This document shows, one piece after another, positions 1 to 12,432 of a stretch of DNA of 64,000 bases. Below the pieces are notes generated by a model. It searched no databases. It saw nothing but the letters and a program-made list of their open reading frames with translations, and was not told where the DNA came from. The stretch lies in the NCBI GenBank assembly GCA_964016885.1, contig OZ024742.1, positions 39,804,001 through 39,868,000 on the forward strand. Reading direction: 5' to 3'. How positions within the stretch are numbered: the stretch's first letter is position 1; each line of letters starts with the position of its first letter. The stretch is from Eledone cirrhosa. Its lineage: Eukaryota. A program made the position numbers and the translations under genes.

Positions 1-442
1 TGTTTATTTATTAAAGAAACCTCCGTTTTCGAAACCGAAGAGGAAGAGAGGACGTGGAAAACGACAACACTTTAATCAACCACGCCTGCCAGTTGCGTCA
101 CCCACTCTATGTTCCATGCAAGATTAGACTTTCTCATTTATCAATGTCGCCGTTAAAGGACTGATCTCATCAACCACACCCTTTATCTACTCTTACCTGC
201 CATCTGTGTTATCCTATGTTCTATGCAAGATTTGGCCTCCCCAGTTATCGTCATCGAAGAGCTAGTGAACTAAATTTTCGAATACGAAAAAACAGCCAAC
301 AACATAATTCCGGCAACCATATTTGATGGCATATAAGGCCATCTCCCCACCCACTTAAAAGAATGGCTAAAAAATATCTCCTGGGTCTTATATATGAAGT
401 GGGGGTATCTCGTAGGCTAATGTTTTGTTCTTAATATTACCT

Positions 443-643
443 ACGGTGGATTGTCAGTATCAGTAGAGGGCCGGACGCCATGCTTGCAGCATAGAGTTAC
501 GGCGCTTTACGGTCTGAGATCAAATCCCGCCGAGGTTAACTTTGCTTTTCATCCTTACGGGGTCGACAAAATAAAGTACCAGTAACGTACTGGGGTCGAT
601 TTAATCGACTTTCCCCTCCCCCTTTGTTCCTATACTAGAAATC
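443..643 (+). mobile_element. tRNA-derived SINE (family A), first of a tandem pair
   Basis: A-box-like start, B-box-like GATCAAATCC, core ctttgcttttcatccttacggggtcgacaaaataaagtaccag; bounded by aatattacct at 433-442 and 644-653. Confidence 0.85.
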
Positions 644-653
644 AATATTACCT

Positions 654-838
654 GCGGTGGATAGGCAGTATCGGTAGAGGGCTGGACGCCATGCTTTGCA
701 GCATAGAGTTACGGCCCTTTATGGTCTGAGTTCAAATCCCGCCGAGGTTAACTTTGTCCTTCATCCTTAAGGGGTTGATAAAATAAAGCACCAGTAATGC
801 ACTAGGGTAATTTCTGGCCTTGTGCCAAAAGTAGAAAC
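654..838 (+). mobile_element. tRNA-derived SINE (family A), second of a tandem pair
   Basis: GTTCAAATCC B-box, same core, tail ggccttgtgccaaaagtagaaac; bounded by aatattacct at 644-653 and 839-848. Confidence 0.85.
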
Positions 839-1979
839 AATATTACCTGCTGAAATGAGAAGTTACTATATGTTATCACATGTCCAGAGGTATTATATCC
901 CATCAAATACTCTAAGAAAAATATTTTCGACTCATCACGTCAAATGGCCTAATCAGTGAATTATCTTCACTGCAAAACTAATTTTTTTTCCGAGAGAAGT
1001 GCTACATAGGTTGTTCACCCTCTTAGAAATAACATCCAAATCTTCTCTAAATCATTATAAAAGGATATGTTATTTAATAAGGTTCTGGGTTCATTGCACA
1101 TTGGAAAAAGACATTATATAATAGTTGGAATGCCTTTTATCATATGTATACTCGGCCAATGCTGCTCCTGAGTTAACAGCAACAACAACAACAACTCTAT
1201 GATTAGAAAGCAGTCAATGCAGTGAACTATGGTTAGCTAAGTTCCAGTCAAACTGAAACATGTCAGCTACCAAACATCAAAATTACTCTCTTCTTGCATC
1301 ATTTAATAATTATGTTTAATCTTTCATCGATATAAATTTGGTGAATTCTTTCTCTAGCCACTATTAAGAACCAGTTTCATTAAAGCTAATGAATTTTCTC
1401 CACATTTCACTTATCGATTAATAGTTATTTAATATTTATCCCTTAATATCTAAAAATGGGGTGGTTATTCCAAATGTTTATAGTATCTTTACTAGTGGAC
1501 AGATCGCTGTGAATATTTGTAACATCAGTAAAAAGACTTTAATTAATTATTGGATGCAGTCATAGTGCTGTTTTGTACTTTTCCAGAATGTCTTGGTAAC
1601 GCGGTTTTATGTGGCACATGATATTAAAAGTTAAATAGATATTGTTTGTTTATTTATTTATTTATTTATTTGATATTGTTATTTAGTATTTTTTGTTTCA
1701 AATATTTATTTTCCCTGTCATGAATTTTACTAATTTGAATTGGTCCAAATCAAGTAATATTAGTTACTCTGTTCTCAAGTAATAGTAATAGATCGCTTGG
1801 AATTAAACAGAAAATCCATTGGGAATCCTCCCATTGAAGAAAGCAAGGTTAAAGTCACGTGTTGCCTCTCTCGTTTGTTTATTTGGGTGTGTTTGTATTT
1901 TTTTTTAATACGCCTAACACTTGAAATATTGTTAATAAGCAACCATCAGAGAAGCAAATATTCTAAACTATATAAGAAA

Positions 1980-2160
1980 TTAATTGTTTCTAATTTAGGT
2001 ATAAAGCAGTTTGTGGGATGAGAAAAGTCGATTAAATTAACGCTAGTACTTTATTTTATCGATGCCAGTAGGATGAAAGACAAAATTGACCATGATGGGA
2101 TTTGAACTCAGAAATTAAAGAGCCGTGACCGAATACTTCGAAGCATTTTGTATAATTTCT
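1980..2160 (-). mobile_element. Degraded family A SINE
   Basis: Reverse-strand core gtactttattttatcgatgccagtaggatgaaagac and B-box ggatttgaac. Confidence 0.6.
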
Positions 2161-2629
2161 GAAATGAGAAGTGAATGATGAATTATACCAAAACCGTTGA
2201 ACTATATCAACATCGTACGGCTGCGATGCAATACATTTATCACAGAATAGAAGCTCAAATTCGGTGATAATGCCTGACATGTTTTGGTCCTCTTAGATTT
2301 CCTACGCATAATCTTATTTATACTTACCAGATTGTTGCACACGTTTTCGTTTGACTTTTTCCATTCATAATACTGAATTCTACCTTTTTATCTAAAGAGA
2401 GAAATCCAAAATATAAGAGTCGTAGCCTCTATTTCATCAAATTATTTACATATTTATGGTGTACAACACTGAAAGTATTAAAAAAATCCATAAATTCATT
2501 GTTGGACGATACATCTCAGCGGAGCTCCGTGGACAAAATGACGTAAACATTGCTGTTGAGAACAACCAGCAACAGACATTGCTGTTTCAGCTATTCCACC
2601 TCACAAGTCTCCTTTCTTAGTCAAGATGC

Positions 2630-3050
2630 CCTCCTCCCCTTTCTACATCACTAGTACCAACATTATTAACACTGCCAACACCACCAAGATCACCAACATC
2701 ACCACCGACATCAATAGTACCAACAGTATTAACACTGCTAACACCACCACCGACTTCACTACTACCAACATTATTAACACTGCCAAACACTACCAACATC
2801 ACCACCGACATTACTACTACCAACATTATTAACACTGCCAAACACCACCACCATCACCACTGATACCACTACCACCAATATTATGAAAACTGCCAATACC
2901 ACCAGTACCCCTGATACCACAAACACCACTGACATCATTACTACCAAAATCATTACCACCACCAACACTACCACCGACATCACTAGTGCCAACATCTTTA
3001 ACACTGCCAACATCACCAACATCCCAACCAATGTGACAGCCACTAGCATA
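2630..3050. repeat. Degenerate minisatellite, Thr/Asn-rich if translated on +
   Basis: Recurrent unit caccaccgacatcactagtaccaacattattaacactgccaa; frame broken between copies. Confidence 0.8.
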
Positions 3051-3524
3051 ACACGAACATCAACACAGACACCGCTACCGTTTCCCCGGAGAAGAGTTAT
3101 ATAAGGCGTCTGGACAGCTGTCAGAATACAGAAATTATGGTTTCTAGCTAGGCCTTCGATAGAAACAGTAACGTCAGCAACTTATACACAATTGACACTT
3201 AATAGGCATCTGTAATTACCATGAGCTTCTCAGCTGTCAGCATTGTATTGCATGATTAGACAATTATATCCAACCTATGCTCGTAACGTTGATGTTGTTT
3301 ATAGTTTACTTCTTATTAAGCTATTTCAGTTCCAAGCCAAGGTTGAATATCTATACAAGCTATCCTCGAGCTACGTACGACATTCGTGACGTAAGACCAC
3401 TCGCAGCTACGGCCATTTATATTTCCAAGGGCGTACATAAGTTGTTTTCTTTATAATCCGTTAAACTTCAGCAGTTATTTAATTCAGATATTACTGCATC
3501 CGAAAATATATAAACAACTGATGG

Positions 3525-3746
3525 TTTTATTTAGGCACAAGGTCAGCCTTTTTTTTTTTTTTGTATGGGGTTGTACAGTCGATTAAATCAACCACTGTAC
3601 TTGACTTGTACTTTAATTTTATTGACCCCGGAAGGATGAAAGGTAAAGTTGACCTCGGCAGGATTTGAACTCGGAACGATAAGTGCTGGAACAACTACCG
3701 CAAAACATTTGTCCGACACATTAACAATTTTGCCAATCCACCGCCG
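3525..3746 (-). mobile_element. Family A SINE
   Basis: ggatgaaaggtaaagttgacctcggcaggatttgaactc...gccaatccaccgcc. Confidence 0.8.
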
Positions 3747-3895
3747 TATATACGTATAACAATGCATAAAAAGATAAAATATAATGTATTAGTTACGTTA
3801 TGGAAACCGGTCGTAAGTCGGGGAATACCTGTATTTTTCTCAGCTGTGTATTGTCTCCGGAAAAAAGAAATAGAGTTAGTGTCAAGATAATAATA

Positions 3896-4319
3896 ATTGT
3901 TTCTACTTTTGGCACAATGCCAGCAATTATCCCAGTGTATTACTGGTACTTTATTTTATCGACTCGTAAGGATGAAAGGCAAAGTTAACTTCGGCGGGAT
4001 TTGAACTCAGACCATAAAGGGCCGTAACTCTATGCTGCAAAGCATGGCGTCAGACCCTCTACCGATACTGCCAATCCACCACCCTTGTCAAGATACTAAT
4101 AATGATTTCTACTTTTGGCACAATGGCAGTAATTGGTGGGGAGGGGAAAGTCGATTATATCGATAACCAGTTTTTGACTAGAGCTTCGTTTTATTGACCC
4201 TGTAATGAGGAAATCAAGGCTAACAATTGGTGGGATTTGAACTTAGAACGTAAAGGGCCGTAACTATATGGCTCAAAGTATGTTGTCCAGCGTTCTACCT
4301 ATACTGCCAATCCACCGGC
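3896..4319 (-). mobile_element. Two tandem family A SINEs (about 3896-4085 and 4103-4319)
   Basis: Two copies of the core and B-box on the minus strand, flanked and separated by tcaagata(a/c)taa at 3882, 4088 and 4321. Confidence 0.8.
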
Positions 4320-4506
4320 CTCAAGATACTAAGAATGAATCCTTTTGTCGATGTTGCGACGCACTGTAGATTCGTGTGGCTTCAAGATCCTAGACTTTTG
4401 CTCATGAACTAATTCCATATTATTTGTGAATTCATTTCCCTACTACATGTGCTTATTTAAGTTTCCTGTTAAGATATTGAATTGCTCGCATTATCTTCTT
4501 ACAGAA

Positions 4507-4723
4507 AAGGGCGGTGGATTGGCAATATCAGTAGAGGGTCGGACGCCATGCTTTGCAGCATAGAGTTACGGCCCTTTATGATCTGAGTTCAAATCCCACC
4601 GAGGTTAACTTTGCCTTTCATCCTTACGGGTCGATAAAATAAAGTACCAGTCATGCACTGGGGTCGATTTAATCGGCCTTCCCCTCCCCAAAAATTGTTG
4701 GTCTTGTGCCTATATAAGAAACT
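4507..4723 (+). mobile_element. Family A SINE with 17-bp TSD
   Basis: TSD attatcttcttacagaa at 4490-4506 and 4724-4740; full A/B box head. Confidence 0.9.
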
Positions 4724-5461
4724 ATTATCTTCTTACAGAACATGAGGACTTCCATAATTTCTTTGTAACGCCTTTCTCTAAATGAATTTTTACTCAATTT
4801 CTTTTAAACGTTTATGTTTGACGTCCTATTTTGGAGATACGTTGCTAACCGTTGGTTAAAAAGATAAGCTTTCATCAATCCAATCTTGTTCGCATCTATC
4901 GTTGGACAAATGATTCATTATATCCTGTTCATTACTGAAGCCTCCTGTCAGAGCAACCGATATTGGGTTTAGCTGGGATGTCAGTTCAGTGACATTACGT
5001 AGGCGGGATAACAAGAGTGGTTACTCCAGTTGCAAAATTCTTAAATGCGCAAATGTCTTGTAGTGATAAAAAAAAAAAAATAGCGGGCCCTTCCCTTTAC
5101 ACAGAATATCTCCGAACACTCTATACTATTTTTCAACATGTCAGGCCATAAACGAAATATAAAATATATCGTTGCTATGTAACATTTTAATATATTTTTC
5201 TCTCTAATTACAGCTATATTGTCCACATGTAACTTTTATCGATAAAAAAATAGCACAAATTAAAACCAGGTGATTTAAAATAAATTTCAGTATACTCGTA
5301 TTAAATACTTTTTACTTTCAGTATATCAATATTTTCTTAAAACACAATACGTGTGTTTGGGGTAAGGGTTCCATACCGAACTAGTGGAAATATCTCAGGA
5401 AGTGCTAACGATTCACATTTGTATGTATGCAGGTATGTATGTATGTATGTATGTATGTATG

Positions 5462-6031
5462 TTTTCTCTTTCTCTTAATTTCGAGTATATTTTTTTGACC
5501 GGCCACCTTCCTGGTGGCAAGGTTGTAAAAGAAAAGAAATTGTCATCCCTTGAATCGCAAGAATGTTTTGCATATTTTGAAGGTGCCAACTATCGCAGCC
5601 ATTTGTAGACTATGAATTAGGGAGCTGCGCTTTTTGTCCGCAAATCCAAGTTCGGTCATACTTTGGTCCAAGCGGGTTGGTATATAACCCGTAGCTCCAA
5701 TAATGATGGGTATGAAGCTAAAGGTGTATCTTGGATACTGGATTTGTAAGCTCCTCATCAATGGTCCGTAGATGTCCTCCTTCTCCTGTATTTTTCTGAC
5801 AACGTTTACATCAAGTGGGCAGCTGATCTCCACAACAGAACACGTTTTCAATGTGTGGTCCCAAACTACAATATCAGGCCGGTTGTGTTTTAATTTGGTG
5901 GCAGTTTTTATTTTCAGGTTCCACCAGTATTCCTTAGTGCCATCTGTCTCAATATATTCTTCCTCGTTTGTTGTTAATTTTGTTTTCCGAAGTGCGTTCC
6001 AGATAGTTCTAGCTATCCCATCGTGTCTCAT
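5462..6031 (-). mobile_element. 5'-truncated R4/Dong-like non-LTR retrotransposon (RLE endonuclease plus 3' UTR)
   Basis: ORF 5543-6031: RHD...HNRPDIVVWD...VVEISCP...KEDIY...IPIIIGATG, a PD-(D/E)xK RLE domain; (TATG)n on both sides. Confidence 0.85.
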
Positions 6032-6095
6032 GTATGTATGTATGTATGTATGTATGTATGTATGTATGTATGTATGTTTTTTTGTTTTTTTTTTT

Positions 6096-6390
6096 GCGCG
6101 TGGACATAGAAATAATCGGGCTGGATATCCGATCGCGCAGTTAAACCACTGGGAGTGAAGAACCCCTAGCCCTTGTCAGGGCATTCTTCTAGGAGAAGGC
6201 ATCTCAGGAAACTGGGTTAACTCCGATATAAAACCTGCGGCTCAGTAGTTACCGATGATGTTGATTTCGGGTTATAGCTACTGTCGCTCAGAAAGTGGGA
6301 TTGGCTCAATGCACAGTCTTTCCTCACTTTAAAAATATTCGTCACGCACAGGCATTGCACGATTGCATTAATTAATAATTATTAATAGTG
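6096..6390 (+). mobile_element. Non-autonomous RTE-derived element, family B (3' end missing here)
   Basis: Near-identical to 29120-29472; RTE 5'UTR-like motif cttctaggagaaggca.ctc; ends at the (ATT)n run preceding the Tx1 element. Confidence 0.7.
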
Positions 6391-6633
6391 TATTATTATT
6401 ATTATTATTATTATTATTGGTTGGTGAAGCCACGCTTCTTATCGCCTCCAGTTTTTTTCAACGTTTTACCTCTTTTTCAACCGTTCTAAAAGTTTTATTC
6501 AAGTTTTAAATTTGATAAAAGTTTAGAAGAAGTGACCCACCTAATACAGGGGTTCACTAGTAAATAATACGGCACCCCTTTACGGGGTGTCGTATTCGTA
6601 TTTGTGTAAAAATATTTTTTGAAAAATTTCAAC

Positions 6634-8647
6634 ATGGATAACACAAAAAAGAGAGAGAGAGCTGTCAGACAACACAGAGAGAGGGAGACTTTATCAGCAT
6701 GTCAACAAGACAGCGTTCCAGCGGAGGTAAATATAAATGAAAATATTACAAAGGAAAAGAAGATTGTTACAGATTTAAAATTAACAAATATTTCTAACAC
6801 AAACAACACCAACAATAACACCAACAACATCACCAACAACAACACCAAAAATAACAGCGGTAAAGTCGAGAACGACAATAACAAAAATAACAGCGGTAAG
6901 GTCGAGAACGACAATAACAATAGCAATAACAACAGCCACAACAACAATAATAGTAGGAACAGTATCAACAAAAACAACAATAATAACAACAGCCACAATA
7001 ACAGTAACAGCAGCAACAGTATCAACGAAAACAACACCAACAACTGTACCAGCGAAAAGAACAACAATGACACCGATACCTGTAATAGCGACCTCAGCAC
7101 CACCAGTAAGACCAGTAGCGGCAGCAATAGTGGTGCTGCTGAAAAAGGGACCACTTCTTTTGCAGGTGTCGCCCGAAATATCGAGACAGTGTTAGTTACA
7201 GAGGAGGAGATGGCAGTCGCAAGAGCCATGGTGACAAGAAGCGCAAATAGAGTTTCCCTGAAACCTCCACCCGATTTTTTTCAAGGACCAGCAGCTACGA
7301 ACGGTGACTTACCGCACCGTAAGCAAAATCTCACATCGAGTGACGAGAGCCACGGAGGCTCAAATCCAAAAGGCCTTGGGGTGCGTCTGGGCACGCAAAA
7401 CCTACATCACCCGAGGCAGAAAGTACGCCACAGTAGACGTACTTTTCGCAACCCCCCAGGAAGCAAAGTCTCACTCTTTGGAAACCCTAAAGAATGAGGA
7501 GTTAGTCTTGGTGCCCTCCTACTGCGGGCAGAAAATTGTGAGGGTCAAAGTGTCCCAGGTCCCACTCGACGTGCCCATACCTTGGCTGGCCGCGTCTGTC
7601 CTTGCTGGAATTGAGAACAGGGCGACCATGCTGCAAGTAGAAAAAATAGGGAGAGAGAACTGGTCAGGTATAGGCATGCAAATGCTTATACAAACTGACC
7701 AGGAATGTATCGAGGCTATCCCCGATATCATAGACTTTGAGGAAGGACTCCAACTCCCTATAAGTGTAGAAGGAAGGCGGCCAAAATGTTATCTCTGTGG
7801 GTCGAAAGGTCACCTCAGGGCCTTTTTCCCGCAAAAGACACCGAAGAGGGCCCCTCTCCTTCCAATACCTGGTCCGCTGCTACCAAGAGCAGGACAGGCA
7901 ACAAACGAAGAAGCCCCTTCCACGGTGAGTAGGAGGGCAACGTCCGTAGCACCCGTACCAAGGCCACGGATAACTAAAGCAGCATCATCAGTAGCGGCAA
8001 CACCAATAGCTACATTTGAAATAGCTACACCAGCAACAACATTGCCGAAGAGGGCTCCACTACCACCACCAACAGCCGTGGAGTACATACCCCTCCCAGA
8101 CGCCACAGAATGCGACATGGAGTTTGAGGCGGGAGTGACGTGGCAAACAGTCTGCCACAAAAAAGAAAAAAGAAAAAAACCCTTAGATTCACCCTCCAAA
8201 AGCGAAGGCATACAAAGAGGGGTAAAGGCAGCAAGGAAACTTGCAGCAACACCACCACAAACACCAACAACGCAAACACAACAAGACACACACACACACC
8301 AAACAGCAACAAGAAGAAAACGGCAACAAAATCACCCCTCCCCCAAAAAGTACACAGCCATAAACATAGCAAAAAAAGAACTCATAAAATATATAAAGCA
8401 GCACACAGACATCACGGAAACAAATTACTACACCCCACCAACACCAAGAACTCTCCCGACAAACATAAGCATCATCGAAATCTCAATAGAACAATACAAA
8501 CCTTTAAAACAAAAATTCCCCAACGCAGTTGGAGACTTCAGAGGGACGGTTACCAAGAGGATATACACTGACATCCTCTTGGAAACACCTATGACCAGCG
8601 AAAGGAACGGTTCTACTGTCCCTTCACCACACGAACAAGGTAAGTGA
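6634..8647 (+). pseudogene. Tx1 #1 ORF1 (Asn-rich N-terminus, zinc knuckle), frameshift near 7280
   Basis: ORFs 6619-7497 and 7304-8647 overlap; VEGRRPKCYLCGSKGHLRAF motif shared with ORF1 of the other Tx1 copies. Confidence 0.8.
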
Positions 8648-8679
8648 CCCTTTCTCATTTGCCCCGTTTCTCATCCAAC

Positions 8680-11600
8680 ATGGCTGTACACAGAATAGGC
8701 AGTATAAATCATCTTGGAAGCAGGGTCACCTGCTCAATGACCTCAGGTCACTAAACATAGATGTGGTGGCCATCAGTGAAACCAGAATCTCCGAGGCACG
8801 GGCCTTCGCACTGATCTTCGGCGGCTACGATGTATACGCATCTCCCAGCCGTCCAGGATCGGGGGGAGGGGTTGCCGTCCTTTTTCGGGGAGGTTTGGAT
8901 CTCGCGATACGGGCCATCTTCCTGGACCCAGAAGGTAAGTCGGTGGTGCTGGACGTGACCGGCAGCGAAGGCAATGCTTTCAGGCTAGTAGCCGTCTACG
9001 CCCCAACAGGGGCAGGACGGCCAGATTTCTTCAGACGTCTAGAGACCTTTCTTGGAACGTCCCGCTCTTTAGTGTTAGTGGGCGACTGGAACGGTATCTT
9101 GGATGCACGCTGGGATCGTGTGGGGCTAGTGGATAGGGGAGGAGGGTGCAAGAGCCTCACCAACCTGCTCAGACGTTTTGAACTGTCTGACAGGTATCGA
9201 CTGGATCACCTGAATGTGCCAATGTGGACATGGACAAACCCCATCGGGTCATCCAGATCGTATCTAGATAGGGTATTCTGCAGGGAACTAGATAAGGCTA
9301 GTATAAGTTGTCCACAATTTAAAATAGTCGACTACACAGACCACAAATTTGTGATCTGTGAGATCGACATAGACAGACTTCAAAGACAAGGGCCTGGTCA
9401 CTGGAAGCTGAACGCGTCTTTCCCGGCGCGCAAGGCCTACAGAGACCGGATTAGCGTATTAGTTAAGCGGGCGTTGACGGGAGTGGTCGTCAACAACAGG
9501 TGGTGGTTCGCCCTGAAAAGGGCAATTAAAGTAGAGTCGATTAGGTTTAGCAAAGGAGTAGTGATAGAGAAAAATAGAGTAGAGGGAGAGCTAGTCAGAA
9601 AGCTAGAAGAGGCGTTTAGGACAGGCATCGCAACCGACGTGCTTGCGGTGAGATTGGCACTCGACCAATTCTTCAACGCAAAACACGAAGGCTGCGTTGT
9701 CAGAGCTACAGCGCGTGCTCTGAAACACGAGGGACAAAAGCCGTCCAATGGGCCCGGGTGGCAGAGGCGCGACGTGGCAATAGAGCCACAATTCGGTCTT
9801 TGTCTGACCAAAACGGGTGCGTGATGCTCGAACCCGAGTGGATGTGTGAAGCTTTTCAGCAGCACTTTACTGAACTGTTCGGGAGTGGCGGCGGCCCGGA
9901 TCGGGACATGGACTTCAGTGCATACCTCGACGGACTGCCTCGGCTCTCGACGACCGCAGCACAGTGTTGCGAAAAGTCAATAACAGCCGGTGAAATACGG
10001 GAAGTGATGGCTAACTGCACAAGAGGTAAATCGCCAGGTTTAGATGGTCTGCCCTACGAGCTTTATGCATTTATGCCAGACTTGTTCGGTGACCTCTTGG
10101 CAGACGTCTACTGCAACTGGCAGCAGAACGGGAGCATTCCCATTTTTGTGAGCCGGGGAGCAGTGGCACTGCTGAGAAAAGACCCGAACAAGGGGTATGT
10201 TATTGATAATTTCAGGCCCATAACTCTGCTAAACGCAGAGTTCAAGATTTTGGCCAAGGTGTTAGCAACGATGTTGGCGCTTGTCGTCAAGGGTCTGGTG
10301 GGAGAGGAGCAGACATGCGCCATCCCGGACAGATCCATACACGACAACCTCCACCTCATGCGATACATCATAGAGAGAGTGGTTAAGGAACCTGGCAAGG
10401 GTGGGGCCCTGATCAACGTGGATCAATCCAAAGCATTCGATAGGGTCGACCATCGGTACCTGGCGGCGGTCCTCGAGGCAGCCGGTTTCGGGCCCGTTTT
10501 CAGGCGTTGGATCGCAGCAATGTACAGCGACATCTGCTCAGTTGTGAGGGTGAACGGTCACCTGTCGCAGCCGTTCAGCATCATGCGCTCAGTCCGCCAG
10601 GGTTGTCCCCTCTCGTCCCTCTTGTACGTATTGGCTCTCGATCCGTTACTGCACAAACTGAGGGCGATGAGGGGCGTCCCACGCGAACTAGGATGCGAGA
10701 AATCCGAGTCGGCTTACGCGGACGACGTCACCGTGGTGGTGTCGAGCACCAGACACGTCCAGATGCTCGGCACCGCTCTCAAGGAATACGAAACGGTGAC
10801 AGGAGCAAAGATAAACCAGGAAAAGTCGGTGGGCTTGCAGCTAGGCACCTGGAGAGGAAAGTCCATGCCGTCCGACAGCGTCGTGGGGCGTTGGACGGAC
10901 GGACCGGTTAAATTGCTCGGGGTTTGGTTCGGACCGGACCTCCAGATGGAGAACAACTGGAACGAGGTGACGAGCAGGGTGGCCTCCCTCACCCAGAAAT
11001 GGGCTGAGAGGAAGCTGTCCCTGAAAGGCCGGGCGGAAGTGGCGAATGCGTACATGGCATCCGTCATCTGCTACCGCCTCACCGTCGTCCCTTGCTCCAG
11101 CCCAACTCTCACCAAAATGGAGCGCCTCCTCTTCCGCTTTTTGTGGAAGGGACGCGCTCCGATGGTCAGACGATCCATCTGCTGTCAACACCCGTTGCGT
11201 GGAGGACTGGGCATGCCATGGCTGATGATGCGCAAACATGCGCTGAGGCTGCGACATCTCTGGTGCTTCTTTGATGGTGAACGGGTGTGGTCGCCGTTCG
11301 CCAGGCACATTTTCCCACAGCTCGTTTCTTGACAGAGCTGCAGTCCTGGGTCAGAAAAAGACCGAGGGATAGCGCTTGGAAACTGGAATGTCTCCAGGCG
11401 CTCACTGCCCTCTCCCAGTTGGGCACCAGTATCGGTGGAACATCCACCTCGGCGTTCTATAGAGGACTAGTGGAGGGGAAGAGCGACGACGTTCTCGGAG
11501 AGATCCTGGGCGTCAAAGAAGATCAGCTGCTTGCTCTCTTCCGGAGAACTTTCAACACGGGGCCTATGGATAACTTCCAAAAATCCCTGGCCTGGCAGTG

Positions 11601-12081
11601 CTACCGGGGAGCGCTGCCGGTTCGAGATAAGCTCTACAGGCACGGAAGTGCCGTCAGCCGAGCCTGTCCGAGATGCACGCAGAGCTACGAAACCGTCGTG
11701 CACGCACTCGTTCAGTGCCCGAGCATTGCTGACTTGTGGAGCTATGTCGAACAGTTGCTGTCACGTGAGGGACTGATCCGGTTGTCGACTGAGTCCATTG
11801 TGCAGATGGTCTCGCCGTCTTCCTTTGAGGAGGAAGGGCAGGCAGTTTTCATCTGCCTGGTGGCCATGGCGAAAGAGATTGTGTGGTGGACAAGGTTAAA
11901 AGGATTAAAGACAAGCACTTTCCTCTTCGGCGAATCCCTGATTAACTTTTTCAAGTTTCACTTGAAGAGGAAAATCAGGGTGGAGAGGCAAGTGCTGCTT
12001 TCTAGCAAGTTTGTTGAAAGGTGGGTGAATGTAGCGAGAATGGTCCGAGTGAACGGGAACACTCTGAATATACGTCTGTAG
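8680..12081 (+). pseudogene. Tx1 #1 ORF2 (APE endonuclease, RT, zinc finger), several frameshifts
   Basis: ISETR, VYAP, VGDWN, SYLDR, TDHK (APE); KSPGLDG, FRPITLLN, KAFDRV, QGCPLS, YADD (RT); CPRC..ETVVHALVQC. Confidence 0.9.
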
Positions 12082-12368
12082 TTTGAGAGATGGAAAAATT
12101 GAGAGAGGGCGCTTGCCCTGGTAGTCAGGGTGGCCGTGGTCTTTTGTGTGGTTTTCGCCACGAGTAACCCTCGGAGGTTTCCCCCCTATTTGGGAATTTT
12201 TCATTGTTTCAATTTTAATTTTATTGTTTATATATATATATGTTTTATGTCTTTTTTCTTTTCTTATATAAATAATAAAAATATTTACACGCACAAAACC
12301 CACATCGTACCGTCCTGTTCCGTCTGTGATGTTTTTCTTGATGTCAGCCCTTGTGGCCAATAAAGAAA

Positions 12369-12432
<64 letters not shown>

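Larger units (their letters stand above)
6419..12370 (+). mobile_element. Near-full-length Tx1/L1-clade retrotransposon (Tx1 #1), frameshifted
   Basis: ORF1 with zinc-knuckle remnant; ORF2 with APE, RT (QGCPLS, YADD) and CCHC tail; ends AATAAAGAAATC + (ATT)n; (ATT)n also on the 5' side. Confidence 0.93.

Noticed and set aside
443-838. tRNA genes at SINE heads
   Set aside because: A/B boxes are present but there is no intact cloverleaf; they continue into SINE core and tail with TSDs
2630-3050. Regular repeats as a possible CRISPR array
   Set aside because: Degenerate contiguous units with no unique spacers, no cas genes, eukaryotic context
4330-4440. Minus-strand GNEFTNN, integrase-like; also Gypsy-like NGVVIPN..VNICNIS near 1455-1530
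   Set aside because: Single short motifs without supporting ORF or other catalytic residues
6702-7229. Hydrophobic poly-Leu/Val ORFs resembling membrane proteins (also 27341-27799)
   Set aside because: Antisense of the Asn-rich ORF1 codons
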